Source: a virus. Taken from it: DNA of 64,000 nt. Positions within the stretch are counted from its first letter, which is position 1. Each line of letters begins with the position of its first letter. A program made the position numbers and the translations under genes. The notes under the pieces were generated by a model. It saw nothing but the letters and a program-made list of their open reading frames with translations. It was not told the origin of the DNA and made no database searches. The DNA lies in IMG/VR virus record IMGVR_UViG_3300042878_001080, positions 29,329-93,328 of that record. One strand, given 5' to 3'. Below, piece after piece: positions 9,601-19,274 of this stretch.

Positions 9601-11576
9601 TTTATTCAGTTGCTGCAATGGCTTGTAGAAGAGTTATTTTTAAAGATATAAAAGTTACGGATATTCCTTCAGATAAACCAGTTGAACCTATAATAAAGGA
9701 TGAAATCAAACCAACGATATCTGAGCCAATAAAACCAAAAGCAAAAACTACTAGAACAGAAAAAACAATAAAAGAAGGTATTAGTAAATTAATATTAAGA
9801 AGATTACTATCTGAATGTGATTATTTTGATGTTATTAAGAAAGAAGTACCAATGTTATATGATTCTATACAGGAAAAAATCAAATATTTTAACCCTGCGT
9901 TTCACTCTATGACACCTGAAGGATTAAACTCTCGTTTGACGTTTTTAAATCAATGTGTTCGACCTGGTGAATCAATTCCTGTTATTGGGGATAAAGGTCA
10001 GATAGTAGCTAATGATGCGTTAAACACCTCATTTGGAGCACCACCTGTTTTAGTTTTAAGAATTGGGGATTTTTATAATGGTAAAATTATACCAAGGTCA
10101 ATTGGTTTTTCATATGAACCTTTGGTTTTTGATATGAATCCTGAGGGTATTGGAATCCAACCAATGATTGCAAATGTTACGATGCAATTTGATATGATTG
10201 GTGGAATGGGATTAGAAAAACCGGTAGAAGAGTTACAAAACGCTTTATCGTTCAATTATTATGCTAATACTGAAATTTACGATGAAAGAGCAAAATGGAC
10301 GGATGATAGTTGGAAAAAGTTAGATAAAGAATATTTCCAATCTTTAATTGATGAACAACCAACATTAACTGTTGCTCAAGTTGATAATCAACAAACAAAT
10401 ACTGCTGGAGAAACTATTGGACAAATACAAACAACTGTTAATGGTGTTAGTGGTCAAACTGGTGATATAACCTACATGAAAATTATGGATACTTTATTAG
10501 ATGTAACTAAAGAGTATTATACTAATATTGTTAATCAAGGTGAGAGTATGACTAAATCATATAATAATGGTATTTGGCAATTAATTTCAAAAGAAAGACA
10601 ATATACTGATGGTATATCTAATTTTAATATTGATAATTTACCACCATCTTTTACTGTAAATATTTTTGGTAAATCTGTTTTTGAGAGTAGAATTGATGAA
10701 TTATTTAATAAAACAATTGAAGATGTTGATAATAATAGTAATTTCATAATTTTAGGATTAATTGCGGAAAACTTTAATGATGCAACACTTAGAAGTGTTA
10801 AAACAAATTTAAAAACATATTTAACTAATTATAAAACTGATTTTAGTTTAGGTGTTAGTACTATTGTTAGTAATGTCGTTCAACAACAAGTTGATATGGT
10901 TCAAGTTTTTAGAAAAATTAATTTTGTTACAACATTATCTGATGGTGTTATTATTGATTCAAAACCTAAAATATATAATATTTCCGGTACAACAGAAATT
11001 GATAAATCAAGTAAACCGATACCATTAGATACCTATGATGAATTATCAACAGATTATAAATCGGTTTCAAATAATTTAAATAAATTTAATCAATATCTTA
11101 TTGATAAGAGTATTATTTATAATGGATATAACGAACCGGGAGGGTTTAATCCAACATCAACAGTTTTTGAATTAACAGATTTGCCAGGTAAAAGATTTTT
11201 TATGGTTATGTCTCAAATATTTGATAATAGTGATGATTTTAATACGTTTAAAACGTCAATAATTACTAATGATATGGATAAATCAACACCAAATTTATTA
11301 AAATCATTTAATAAAATTGTTAATAAATTTCAAGATAAAGTTAAAATAGAATTAAAGGAAGAAGAAAAGTTTTATAAAACATTTAAAAAGAGTAACGATT
11401 ATAAAAATTATCTTGTGGTTGAAAACCTTTATAAAAAAGGTAAAACACGTAAATTTAATTATACGACAGAACCATCATCAAAGAATGTTGAACAAACTAA
11501 AAATTTATTTTTATTATACCAAGGTAAGAATGATGGTGATAAAATAATTTGGACTGATAAAACTCAATTTAATTAA
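6621..11576 (+). CDS. Giant tail-tube-initiator-like baseplate protein with internal OmpA-like domain
   Basis: FPPY...W...FLGRPEPIYTY...RTGTLSWKI and APPVLVLRIGD tube-like motifs; FYFDND...YNVTLSVRR..SV...CRRV. Confidence 0.6.
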   Translation: MSNSTLSFASSSSFRDILLAKNLAPYSVSGVYTPPASDIDTEVSLNNFNVIDSPNDLITNDPFAQLLYPLNEYGPNGGYDLNINFNGPPLPVTPNQGEYGPNDTVLDLVNEFFIDAAYIDNYYGPVGGFNDMYGVTTQILGQPIHQPYLPTNFVPSSYSPYTILMSNNPTGSDGSLSQDSYLARLGATFLNKLFQDRINREIFINTVGQVNLQSLQDPFDASLMITGQEPLIYKNWKITSPENPVTAAADLLTRLAGAYWPVSLIPGDYFTDNTRNGQTQQTSTALNVVNQLTGGFLGPILNSKRNPSEIFLANTGNGQRSVLFRNINYNRYQPNYDKNYGGLLGVGQAIVSLINPFNGTLVGGYYVGSRSAEPSSITSPPNQVPVNAFGQQEDVPVYGPSELGILYEGNQDTLKFGLAAKPLSDGGGIDGQFVWTSPKYKSNAGFHATPGGGSGSLDGEFNLISSNYTRDESTNFVFKSTSILDETQRLVNSADNVQGISRLKHVGNAINQVSKVFHDGYKEMTKGSQVVSYTDQTTGGEAGIEYCRVFTKDTPYYTYNDLQKVDGITTSGRQFAGSVLDNTFNLNISPTRNPGSTNIIADGPNGIGGYAKKYMFSIENLAWRTSSKQGYTYDELPVCEKGPNGGRVMWFPPYDIKFNDNSTANWTPTSFLGRPEPIYTYKDSNRTGTLSWKIIVDHPSVMNVLVEKQLKGQNKERINSIIDSFFAGCVKYDIYELAKKFNTVPTKDLYTYQQILNDPNLDKNTAKEVFNSNGSVGTVTNSSTAGNSIPKTNTDTSVAHLLDGYKNLGFYFDNDIPGPNTKKNPIPNSTYKADYDNYTNSVNQDLYVDISSKTFAIVSTNRNVKSFFDNVVIDNFNKINNSFIEDAFKILSENKGVIKISLASSASAPAQDDYNVTLSVRRKNSVIEYFKNTKLAKFITESKTLIFEGNTDNGEIETISFPQTSNGVFGSSVDCHQDIMSQSNTAASNKQAQVYSVAAMACRRVIFKDIKVTDIPSDKPVEPIIKDEIKPTISEPIKPKAKTTRTEKTIKEGISKLILRRLLSECDYFDVIKKEVPMLYDSIQEKIKYFNPAFHSMTPEGLNSRLTFLNQCVRPGESIPVIGDKGQIVANDALNTSFGAPPVLVLRIGDFYNGKIIPRSIGFSYEPLVFDMNPEGIGIQPMIANVTMQFDMIGGMGLEKPVEELQNALSFNYYANTEIYDERAKWTDDSWKKLDKEYFQSLIDEQPTLTVAQVDNQQTNTAGETIGQIQTTVNGVSGQTGDITYMKIMDTLLDVTKEYYTNIVNQGESMTKSYNNGIWQLISKERQYTDGISNFNIDNLPPSFTVNIFGKSVFESRIDELFNKTIEDVDNNSNFIILGLIAENFNDATLRSVKTNLKTYLTNYKTDFSLGVSTIVSNVVQQQVDMVQVFRKINFVTTLSDGVIIDSKPKIYNISGTTEIDKSSKPIPLDTYDELSTDYKSVSNNLNKFNQYLIDKSIIYNGYNEPGGFNPTSTVFELTDLPGKRFFMVMSQIFDNSDDFNTFKTSIITNDMDKSTPNLLKSFNKIVNKFQDKVKIELKEEEKFYKTFKKSNDYKNYLVVENLYKKGKTRKFNYTTEPSSKNVEQTKNLFLLYQGKNDGDKIIWTDKTQFN

Positions 11577-11578
11577 AA

Positions 11579-11905
11579 ATGAATAATAGACAAAATTATA
11601 ATAGATATAATCAATTTTTATTAAATGGTGAACAAACTATTGTTCCTTATATTTCCGTTTCTAGTAAATCGTCGGATAAAAGATATATTTATAAAGTTGG
11701 TCAATCTAGATTGGATAAAATATCACAACAATATTATGGTACCCCAACTTTTGGTTGGTTAATTCTTGCGGGAAACCCAATTTTTGGTGGTGATGAATGG
11801 TCTATACCGGATGCTGCGATATTAACAATTCCATTTCCTTTAGTATCATCTTTACAAGAATATAAATCTCAATTAGATAATCATTTCTATTATTATGGTA
11901 GGTAA
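11579..11905 (+). CDS. LysM-like baseplate protein (gp53/tail X-like)
   Basis: RLDKISQQYYG....WLILAGNP...IP...LTIP. Confidence 0.8.
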   Translation: MNNRQNYNRYNQFLLNGEQTIVPYISVSSKSSDKRYIYKVGQSRLDKISQQYYGTPTFGWLILAGNPIFGGDEWSIPDAAILTIPFPLVSSLQEYKSQLDNHFYYYGR

Positions 11906-14900
11906 CTCTGAAAATATATTGGTCGAATTCGACTACAATAACATTACAATTATTGACCCAAACAAAGTTATTGATAGTGATAATAAAGTGAAGGATAGAT
12001 ACGTTAAACAAGAGGATTTAGTGATGTACGCTAATCTTGAATGTAATGTCTTACCAAGAACTAAATTAGCTATTGGGGTTGCAAATAATGATTCTATTAG
12101 AACAGTTTCTATTGCAAAAATTAATTTTTTAAAGCCTGGTGGTAAAGATTATTTAGATAATTCATATACGGATGAATTAACGGGTAAAGGTGCTATAAAA
12201 GGTGATGGTGTTAATCAACCAACTTTTAAAGGGATAACTAATCCTAATAACAGTGATGATTTTTACATTAAACAAACTATTAGTTCAAACGGAAAACCGG
12301 GGGCTACGGATAATGGTTTATTGGGGATAACTTCTATTAACATTAGACAAGGGTTAGATTTTATGCCAACAATTGATATTAGGTTGGTGGATATTAAAGG
12401 TAGGGCGTTATTTGAAGCGGGTGATAATTCTCCATATGCGGCGTTTTTCAATTTACCTTACCCATTATTTCATTTAACGATAAAAGGGTATTTTGGTAAG
12501 GCGGTTAGATTAGCCTTAATGTTACAAAATTTTACTACAACATATAATGGAAACACAGGTAACTTTGATATTGATTTAAAGTTTTACACATACAAATATA
12601 CTGTTTTAGCTGATGTAACGATGGGGGCTTTATTGGCGACACCACATATGTATCAATCAAGATTTAATATTAGTCAAACTAGTGGTGGTCCAAGTCCAAC
12701 AACTAAAACAGATAATGTTGTCGTTGAAAGAGGTTATCAAAAAATACGAGAATTATATAGTGAGTATAAATCAAAAGGTTTAATTGCGGATGATTTCCCT
12801 GAAATTACTTTAATGCAGATGAAAGACAGAATTGATAATTTTATTAAAAATGTTCTTGATTCGTTTATTAAACAAAACTTGGACCCTTTAACTAATTTAG
12901 ATACCTATGGTATTCAGTTAAGGGATTATCAAAAAGAAGTTTTTTATACTGTAAAAACTTCATGGTTTAATGAATTTATGGATACAAGTAATTATTATAT
13001 CTTAAATAAATTAAATACAAAAGTTTATACATTCAAAAAAGAATTAAACGACCAAAATAAGTCTGACGCAATTTCAAAATTGAAGGGGATTATTGATAAG
13101 AATAATAAATTACTTAATGAAAACTCTACTTGTGGTACAAACGGTAGTTATGTGATTAATGGTAAAAAAACGGAATGTAAAATACCTAATGATATTACTT
13201 ATGAAAAAGTATTTACAATACAAATTAAACCAACGGATATTAATTTAACCGAAACATATAAATTACAAAGAAAAAATAGTCAAGCAACTCCGGAAGATTT
13301 AAAAAAATTCCAAGCGGAATTAGAAAAGACAAATCTTTTTCATAACACATCTGTAACTCTTAAAAATGGTGCTAAACAAGCTATTTCTGAATATTTTGTA
13401 TTTGAAGGAACTGGTTCATTTATCGATTTAACTGATAATATGAATAAAAACTTAAAAACCAAAAGAAATGAAATTGAAGATGAATTAACAAAGGCTTTAT
13501 CGGCCTTATTGGAGAATAAGGATAATGGTATTGGTTTTGTACCAACAATTAGAAATGTGTTGGCGGTTGTTTTTGCAAATGGTGAGGCTTTTTTACGTTT
13601 ATTGGATGAAGTTCATACTAAAGCTTGGGCTCAAAGAGATACTAAAATTAGAAAAGATGTTATTTTTAATAAACAAGTTGCTAATGCAAGTGCTGATAGT
13701 AAAGATTCCGGAGATGATAAAAATCAACCGGTATATCCTTGGCCTCAAGTAATAAAAGAAACTCCGGGGGAAAAAGGTCAGGAAAAATATGAATTAAGAT
13801 ATCCTGGTGATAGTGATATTATTGGAGAAACTAAAGGTTATTTATATGATATTTGGCCTGAAATAGAGTTTGTTGAAGAATTTATTAGTTCAATGACTCA
13901 AAAAACACCACCACCACCACCATCAACAAAATCGTCAAATTCAAAAAAAGACCCTGTAAGAGTTTCAACAAATGCTATCGAATTTCCAATTAGTAATGAT
14001 GTTTATGCTAACAAAGAATTAGTAAAATATTTTTATGAAATTTATGAAAGAACATTATTAACCTCTCAATATTCTAAATTAGATAGAACTAATAATTTAA
14101 CTTCGGAGACTGATAAAGTTTCAAACGTTATTAGTGAAGGTGAATCTATTAATGTGTTAAATAGTTTATCAGATAATAATGATGTGGAATTAATTAAAAA
14201 TTTAAAAGAATATAATTTTACTTCAGTTAAATTTGATAGTGTGTTAAAACATATTTCAAATGAGGGCGTTTCCCAAAGTTGGCAAAATTATATAAGAGGT
14301 ATTTTTAATACAGGTTATATTAAAAATGTTGTGGAAAACGCGTCTTTTGAGTTTAAATCTAAAAGTGTTGTTAATAATTCTGAGTCCCAACCATTAGTTT
14401 CTGTTAATAATGAAAAGGATATAATCGAATACATTTCAAATTCTACTACATCAAATCAATTTGATTTAACAGATACTTACCCATTTACAGATAAAACTTG
14501 GGTTAAGAATAATTTGGCTAATGGGGTTGCAACAGATGAAAAATTAGCATTTAACACAACAAAAACATTATTATATAATACTGTTAAAAAAGTTGTTACA
14601 AATTTTAGTGATACTCAATCAGAGGATGTTAAAAAACCAATAACTAATTTTGTTTATAAAAATGTAATTGCACCAATTGTTGGAAATGATTTAAGAAATT
14701 TTTATAGTAGTAGAACATATACGAAACAATTACCAACTGAAGGTGATGTTAAATATTTGAACTATAGTGGGCTTGTTAGTAGTTATCAAACAACCTCAAT
14801 GTTTAATACTCCATATTTTATAAATTCAATTCAAGAGGGGGTTCAAAATGTTAAAAATGGTGTTAAATACCCATATGTTAGTTCCGCTTATTTGTTTATT

Positions 14901-17900
14901 AACAGTTTGCCATTATCAACCTTAAGAGAAAAATATAAAACATATACAGGTAACGACACAAATTATTCTGAAGAAAATTTAGATTATATTTTTGCGTCTA
15001 TGAAAAAATTTGCGGCTTTACATAAGGTTCCGTATGCTTGGGCGTTAAAGATAGGTTCTATTTGGCATCGTTATAAAACATATGTTAATACTAATGTTGA
15101 TATATTAAGTGATTCTTGGAAAGATTTTGATTATAAAAATAATTATGACCCTATTAGTGGTAAAACATCTACGGTTTATAATTTTACCATTCCGGGTCAA
15201 ATATCGGCAACAACTATTGTGTTGGAAACAATAACAACAGCATCAACACTTAATGGTATAAATTACACAACAACAATTAATACCGGATTCTATCCTAAAT
15301 TGATAAATGATTTTAATGTGTTTTATCAGGGGTATAATATATTCACAGATTACACCAGTGGAGGTATTCAAAGTGGTTTCACCGAAGGACTTACTTTAAA
15401 TTATGTTCCTGAGGCGGTAATAGATAATACTATGGGTATTCCTACCTCATATTGTATAACTAATAGAGTTATTCCATGGTCTGTTTCTGTTACAGCAGAT
15501 TATGGTCAATATGCTTATGTTATGCCATCAAATGGTAGTGTTTTTAATCAAACAAAGAATGAATGTTTTAATATATTAAGTGAATTAGTGTATGATTTAA
15601 CTGGTAATACTTCTATGTATAATGGGTCGGCTAGATTATTTTGGGCGGCACCTAATTATGGTTATTTTGATAATAGTAAGGTTGTTAAACCAGACCCTAT
15701 TCGATATTTAAAACAAGTGTTTAATGGGCAAAGTGCTCAAGAAAATTTCTCAATTAATGGTGAATTAATTAATTATACAGAAATTAGTGAAATGTTTTCT
15801 GTTTTTGATAGAGATGCTTTAGATAAATTTGAAAATGAGTTTTTAAATTTTACGATATCTGTTTATGATTATAAAGTTGATGAAAATTCAACAGATACGG
15901 ATACAGAAAAATCGTTTAAAAATTTCCAATCATTATTGAGAAATATGATGAAAATTACAAATACAACAACAACTAATGAACAATCAGTTAGCGACATTCA
16001 ATCTAAACAATTAACAAAAATATCTAATACGATTTCTCAATTTTTAAATTATGATGTTTATTTTAAATTAGGTAATCCATCGTCATTTAATAAACAATTA
16101 TTTTACACCTTTTCAAATAAACATAAAGTAGAAATTGAAAATCCTATTACTTGGGATTATTATAACTATACAACACCAAACGCATTACCTAGTGGTACAA
16201 CATTAAATAATTCATTAGAAACTTATCCTTTAGAGTGGAAAGCATTGGAGACCTATGTTGGATTCTCCGATATACCAGAGTTATTATATAAAGATGGTGG
16301 TTCGTATATTACAGATTTTTTTATTGATTGTAATGTGGCTTTTGATGTGTATAATATTGAAAAATTGGCACCAATAATTAAAATATATGCAACTCAAAAA
16401 TTAAAAGATAAAACTTTGAATTATGATAAGTTTGTTAAATTAATGGATGTACATTTAGATAGTTTAGATTTATTTACTAATAGAATTATAAACAGTACAA
16501 TGATTAAATTACAAAATAAGTTACCTAATGTTAATTTTACTCCTCAACCTAAAATTGAAACTGTTTTGGAAAGTAAACAAACTAAACTTGAATTATGGGA
16601 ATCATTTAAAGCGACAAATGATAAATGGATTTCAGGTACTGATTTTAAAGAAAAAACATTATTTGAGGATGTTTTATTGATGGATAGAGCAAGTAGAGAT
16701 GTGGGCGATTTAATTCTTGTGGATATTCAAAAGTTACAAGTTGATTTAACAGATATAAATGTTACCTCGACAATGCTAACATATGTTCAAACAATATTGG
16801 TTAGAAATAACTTTGTTGTTATGAATATACCATCATATGTAAATTTTTATAATGTTCAAAATGCGGTTAAAAATCCAAAACCAAAACCGGAAGGAACGTT
16901 GGAATTTGCTAATACCTTATTTGGTACATTTATGAATGTTGATTATAGAGATTCTTCTGCTAAAATGGTTTGTTTTTATGCTGGAAAACCAAGTGAACAA
17001 CTCGATTTAAAAGAGAATGTTGATTATAGATATAGAAATGATGCGTTTGATTTAAGACGAGTTGATAACCCATTAGTTGAAAATCAAATAGGTAAAAATG
17101 ATTGGGATAAGTCAAATAAGGTTGTTGGGTTTAATGTTGAATTTGGACCACAAAATCAATCTATATTTCAAGGGTTTAATGTTTCTCAAAACCCTGGTTT
17201 AGCTACGGCAGAATCGTTGGAAGTATTAAATCAAATGGCTAATCAATCAAATAATAGGGGTGGTGCCACTCAGAATACGTCATTGTATAACTTATATAAA
17301 AATAGAAGTTATGCTTGTACTGTAACTATGTTGGGTAACGCTATGATACAACCTACGATGTACTTTAATTTAAGACACGTACCAATGTTTAGTGGTCCTT
17401 ATATGATTCAAAAAGTTAATCATTCAATAACACCAGGACATTTTGAGACAATTTTTGAAGGTATTAGACAACCTACGGCTTCTTTACCTAAGATAGATAA
17501 TTATATTCAATCACTTAAGACAACATTATTACAATCAATTATTGAAAAAAATAATAAAGATAAACAAGAGAAGGAGAAAGCTCTTAAATCAGGTGTGGAT
17601 ACTAACATTATTAATCAAAAAAATAGTGTAATTAGTAAAAATGTAAGTCAAGATGGTACGACTCAAAGCAATAGTCAAAACTGTAAGCCTATGGAGGCAA
17701 AACAAAATAAATATGGTAAATTTACAGTTATTAATGATAAATTAAGTACTAGTGTAACATATAAAGAAGTTGTGGATTTAATATCGTTAAAAACAACAGA
17801 CCAAAAACTTCGTTACGCAGTTTTTGCAAAAATGTACTTGAGTTCATCTCAAAGTGGCGTGTTACAATCGCATTCATTTAATTTTAGTGATACGGATTTA

Positions 17901-18233
17901 AAACAAGATTGGGGTCCATCTGTTGAATCATTTTTTACGACAAAAAAATATTATTGTAGTAATGAAAATAAACCATATATCGTCTTTACTAGTTTAACTC
18001 AAAATGTTGAATTTTTAATATCAAGATATAAAGATAGGGTTGGAAAAATTAAAAGTGTTAATTCAAAAGACATTACAAAATTTTTAATATTATATGGTGA
18101 AACTTCAATGTATGATGATTCGTTTTATACAAAAATAAATCCTACAGTTATTACAACAATTGAAAGTAATGTTCAGGATTCTATTAATATTTATAACCCA
18201 ATAAGTGGAAATTATAACAAAACACCAAATTAG
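11895..18233 (+). CDS. Giant baseplate hub protein (gp27/VgrG-like termini)
   Basis: N-terminal GITSINI...PTIDIRLVDIKG; C-terminal CTVTMLGNAMIQP..YF...FSGPYMIQKVNHSI..G.FET. Confidence 0.6.
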   Translation: MVGNSENILVEFDYNNITIIDPNKVIDSDNKVKDRYVKQEDLVMYANLECNVLPRTKLAIGVANNDSIRTVSIAKINFLKPGGKDYLDNSYTDELTGKGAIKGDGVNQPTFKGITNPNNSDDFYIKQTISSNGKPGATDNGLLGITSINIRQGLDFMPTIDIRLVDIKGRALFEAGDNSPYAAFFNLPYPLFHLTIKGYFGKAVRLALMLQNFTTTYNGNTGNFDIDLKFYTYKYTVLADVTMGALLATPHMYQSRFNISQTSGGPSPTTKTDNVVVERGYQKIRELYSEYKSKGLIADDFPEITLMQMKDRIDNFIKNVLDSFIKQNLDPLTNLDTYGIQLRDYQKEVFYTVKTSWFNEFMDTSNYYILNKLNTKVYTFKKELNDQNKSDAISKLKGIIDKNNKLLNENSTCGTNGSYVINGKKTECKIPNDITYEKVFTIQIKPTDINLTETYKLQRKNSQATPEDLKKFQAELEKTNLFHNTSVTLKNGAKQAISEYFVFEGTGSFIDLTDNMNKNLKTKRNEIEDELTKALSALLENKDNGIGFVPTIRNVLAVVFANGEAFLRLLDEVHTKAWAQRDTKIRKDVIFNKQVANASADSKDSGDDKNQPVYPWPQVIKETPGEKGQEKYELRYPGDSDIIGETKGYLYDIWPEIEFVEEFISSMTQKTPPPPPSTKSSNSKKDPVRVSTNAIEFPISNDVYANKELVKYFYEIYERTLLTSQYSKLDRTNNLTSETDKVSNVISEGESINVLNSLSDNNDVELIKNLKEYNFTSVKFDSVLKHISNEGVSQSWQNYIRGIFNTGYIKNVVENASFEFKSKSVVNNSESQPLVSVNNEKDIIEYISNSTTSNQFDLTDTYPFTDKTWVKNNLANGVATDEKLAFNTTKTLLYNTVKKVVTNFSDTQSEDVKKPITNFVYKNVIAPIVGNDLRNFYSSRTYTKQLPTEGDVKYLNYSGLVSSYQTTSMFNTPYFINSIQEGVQNVKNGVKYPYVSSAYLFINSLPLSTLREKYKTYTGNDTNYSEENLDYIFASMKKFAALHKVPYAWALKIGSIWHRYKTYVNTNVDILSDSWKDFDYKNNYDPISGKTSTVYNFTIPGQISATTIVLETITTASTLNGINYTTTINTGFYPKLINDFNVFYQGYNIFTDYTSGGIQSGFTEGLTLNYVPEAVIDNTMGIPTSYCITNRVIPWSVSVTADYGQYAYVMPSNGSVFNQTKNECFNILSELVYDLTGNTSMYNGSARLFWAAPNYGYFDNSKVVKPDPIRYLKQVFNGQSAQENFSINGELINYTEISEMFSVFDRDALDKFENEFLNFTISVYDYKVDENSTDTDTEKSFKNFQSLLRNMMKITNTTTTNEQSVSDIQSKQLTKISNTISQFLNYDVYFKLGNPSSFNKQLFYTFSNKHKVEIENPITWDYYNYTTPNALPSGTTLNNSLETYPLEWKALETYVGFSDIPELLYKDGGSYITDFFIDCNVAFDVYNIEKLAPIIKIYATQKLKDKTLNYDKFVKLMDVHLDSLDLFTNRIINSTMIKLQNKLPNVNFTPQPKIETVLESKQTKLELWESFKATNDKWISGTDFKEKTLFEDVLLMDRASRDVGDLILVDIQKLQVDLTDINVTSTMLTYVQTILVRNNFVVMNIPSYVNFYNVQNAVKNPKPKPEGTLEFANTLFGTFMNVDYRDSSAKMVCFYAGKPSEQLDLKENVDYRYRNDAFDLRRVDNPLVENQIGKNDWDKSNKVVGFNVEFGPQNQSIFQGFNVSQNPGLATAESLEVLNQMANQSNNRGGATQNTSLYNLYKNRSYACTVTMLGNAMIQPTMYFNLRHVPMFSGPYMIQKVNHSITPGHFETIFEGIRQPTASLPKIDNYIQSLKTTLLQSIIEKNNKDKQEKEKALKSGVDTNIINQKNSVISKNVSQDGTTQSNSQNCKPMEAKQNKYGKFTVINDKLSTSVTYKEVVDLISLKTTDQKLRYAVFAKMYLSSSQSGVLQSHSFNFSDTDLKQDWGPSVESFFTTKKYYCSNENKPYIVFTSLTQNVEFLISRYKDRVGKIKSVNSKDITKFLILYGETSMYDDSFYTKINPTVITTIESNVQDSINIYNPISGNYNKTPN

Positions 18234-18275
18234 TAACATTTACAAATAAACAGATATTTATATATAAAAAAGATT

Positions 18276-18500
18276 ATGGATACAAAATCATTATTAGAAA
18301 ATTACTTAGGTAAAAAAACCCGTACTACCGAAAAAGATATGGGTAACGGTTCAAAACAAGTATGTGATTTAGATTCAGGTGATTGTTATACAATTAGAAT
18401 GAAAGATGGTCTAATTGAAAGAGTTGATAACACTATGAGTCAAAATAGAAAAATACAAGTTGAAACTACAACAGGTGTAAAACAATTATTAAACGGATAA
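18276..18500 (+). CDS. Hypothetical protein
   Basis: 74-aa ORF behind a TATTTATA motif. Confidence 0.75.
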   Translation: MDTKSLLENYLGKKTRTTEKDMGNGSKQVCDLDSGDCYTIRMKDGLIERVDNTMSQNRKIQVETTTGVKQLLNG

Positions 18501-18501
18501 A

Positions 18502-19176
18502 ATGAAAAAAATAGATAATAGAATTTTAGAGGAGATTGCTAGATATAATTCAATTAATAGTTATATTGTAGAACAAGATGCTACTTTACCACCACCTCCG
18601 GGTGAAGACCCAAATGCGTTACCACCTATGGGAGGAGCTCCAGCTCCTATGGACCCAAATATGGTAACACCATCACCTGAAGCTCCAGCAGGACCACAAC
18701 CGGTTGATTTAACTACTGACCCTGATGTGGAAAAAGTTGGTGAAGGTGAAACAGGGGATAAAACAGGGGGTTCAACTGAAGAAATGGATATTACTGATTT
18801 AGTAAAATCTCAGAAAAATGTTGAACAAAAACAAGAAGAGTATTTTGATAATTTATTTCAACATTTAGATAACTTAGAATCTAAGTTAGGTGAGATGGAT
18901 GGTATTATGAGTAAATTGAATGATTTAGAAGCGAAGATTGAAAAATATAGAGAAAAAACTCCTCAAGAAAAATTAGAACTTAGAACTTTAGATTCGGGAC
19001 CATTCAATCAAAAATTAAGTCAATTTTTTGATGATAAAGAAGAGGACATGGAAAAATCAGGAAAAAATGAATATGTTTTAACACAAGATGATGTTGAAGA
19101 TTATTCACCTGTTGAAATTAAAAAAACATTTAGAAATTTTGACGATAGTTCGTCAGGGTTTCAACAAGTTAGATAG
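18502..19176 (+). CDS. Acidic Pro-rich coiled-coil protein (possible head-associated protein)
   Basis: 224 aa; N-terminal ILEEIARY..IVEQ, Pro-rich linker, heptad region. Confidence 0.6.
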   Translation: MKKIDNRILEEIARYNSINSYIVEQDATLPPPPGEDPNALPPMGGAPAPMDPNMVTPSPEAPAGPQPVDLTTDPDVEKVGEGETGDKTGGSTEEMDITDLVKSQKNVEQKQEEYFDNLFQHLDNLESKLGEMDGIMSKLNDLEAKIEKYREKTPQEKLELRTLDSGPFNQKLSQFFDDKEEDMEKSGKNEYVLTQDDVEDYSPVEIKKTFRNFDDSSSGFQQVR

Positions 19177-19180
19177 ATAA

Positions 19181-19206
19181 GACGGTCTTCGGACCGTTTT
19201 TATTTC
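19181..19206 (+). terminator. Terminator with cUUCGg tetraloop
   Basis: GACGGTC-TTCG-GACCGTT followed by a T-run. Confidence 0.85.
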
Positions 19207-19216
19207 ACAAAACAAT

Positions 19217-19245
19217 TTGACAAACACACCTTTAACACTTATACT
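19217..19245 (+). promoter_or_regulatory. Promoter TTGACA-N17-TATACT upstream of SSB
   Basis: Near-consensus hexamers with exact 17-bp spacing, right after a terminator. Confidence 0.7.
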
Positions 19246-19274
19246 TTTATAAACCTTTAAATATTTTAAACACT

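Noticed and set aside
1-18233. Bacterial extracellular contractile injection system or tailocin
   Set aside because: Linked to phage-type SSB, helicase, primase, RNR and HNH genes; no bacterial housekeeping context
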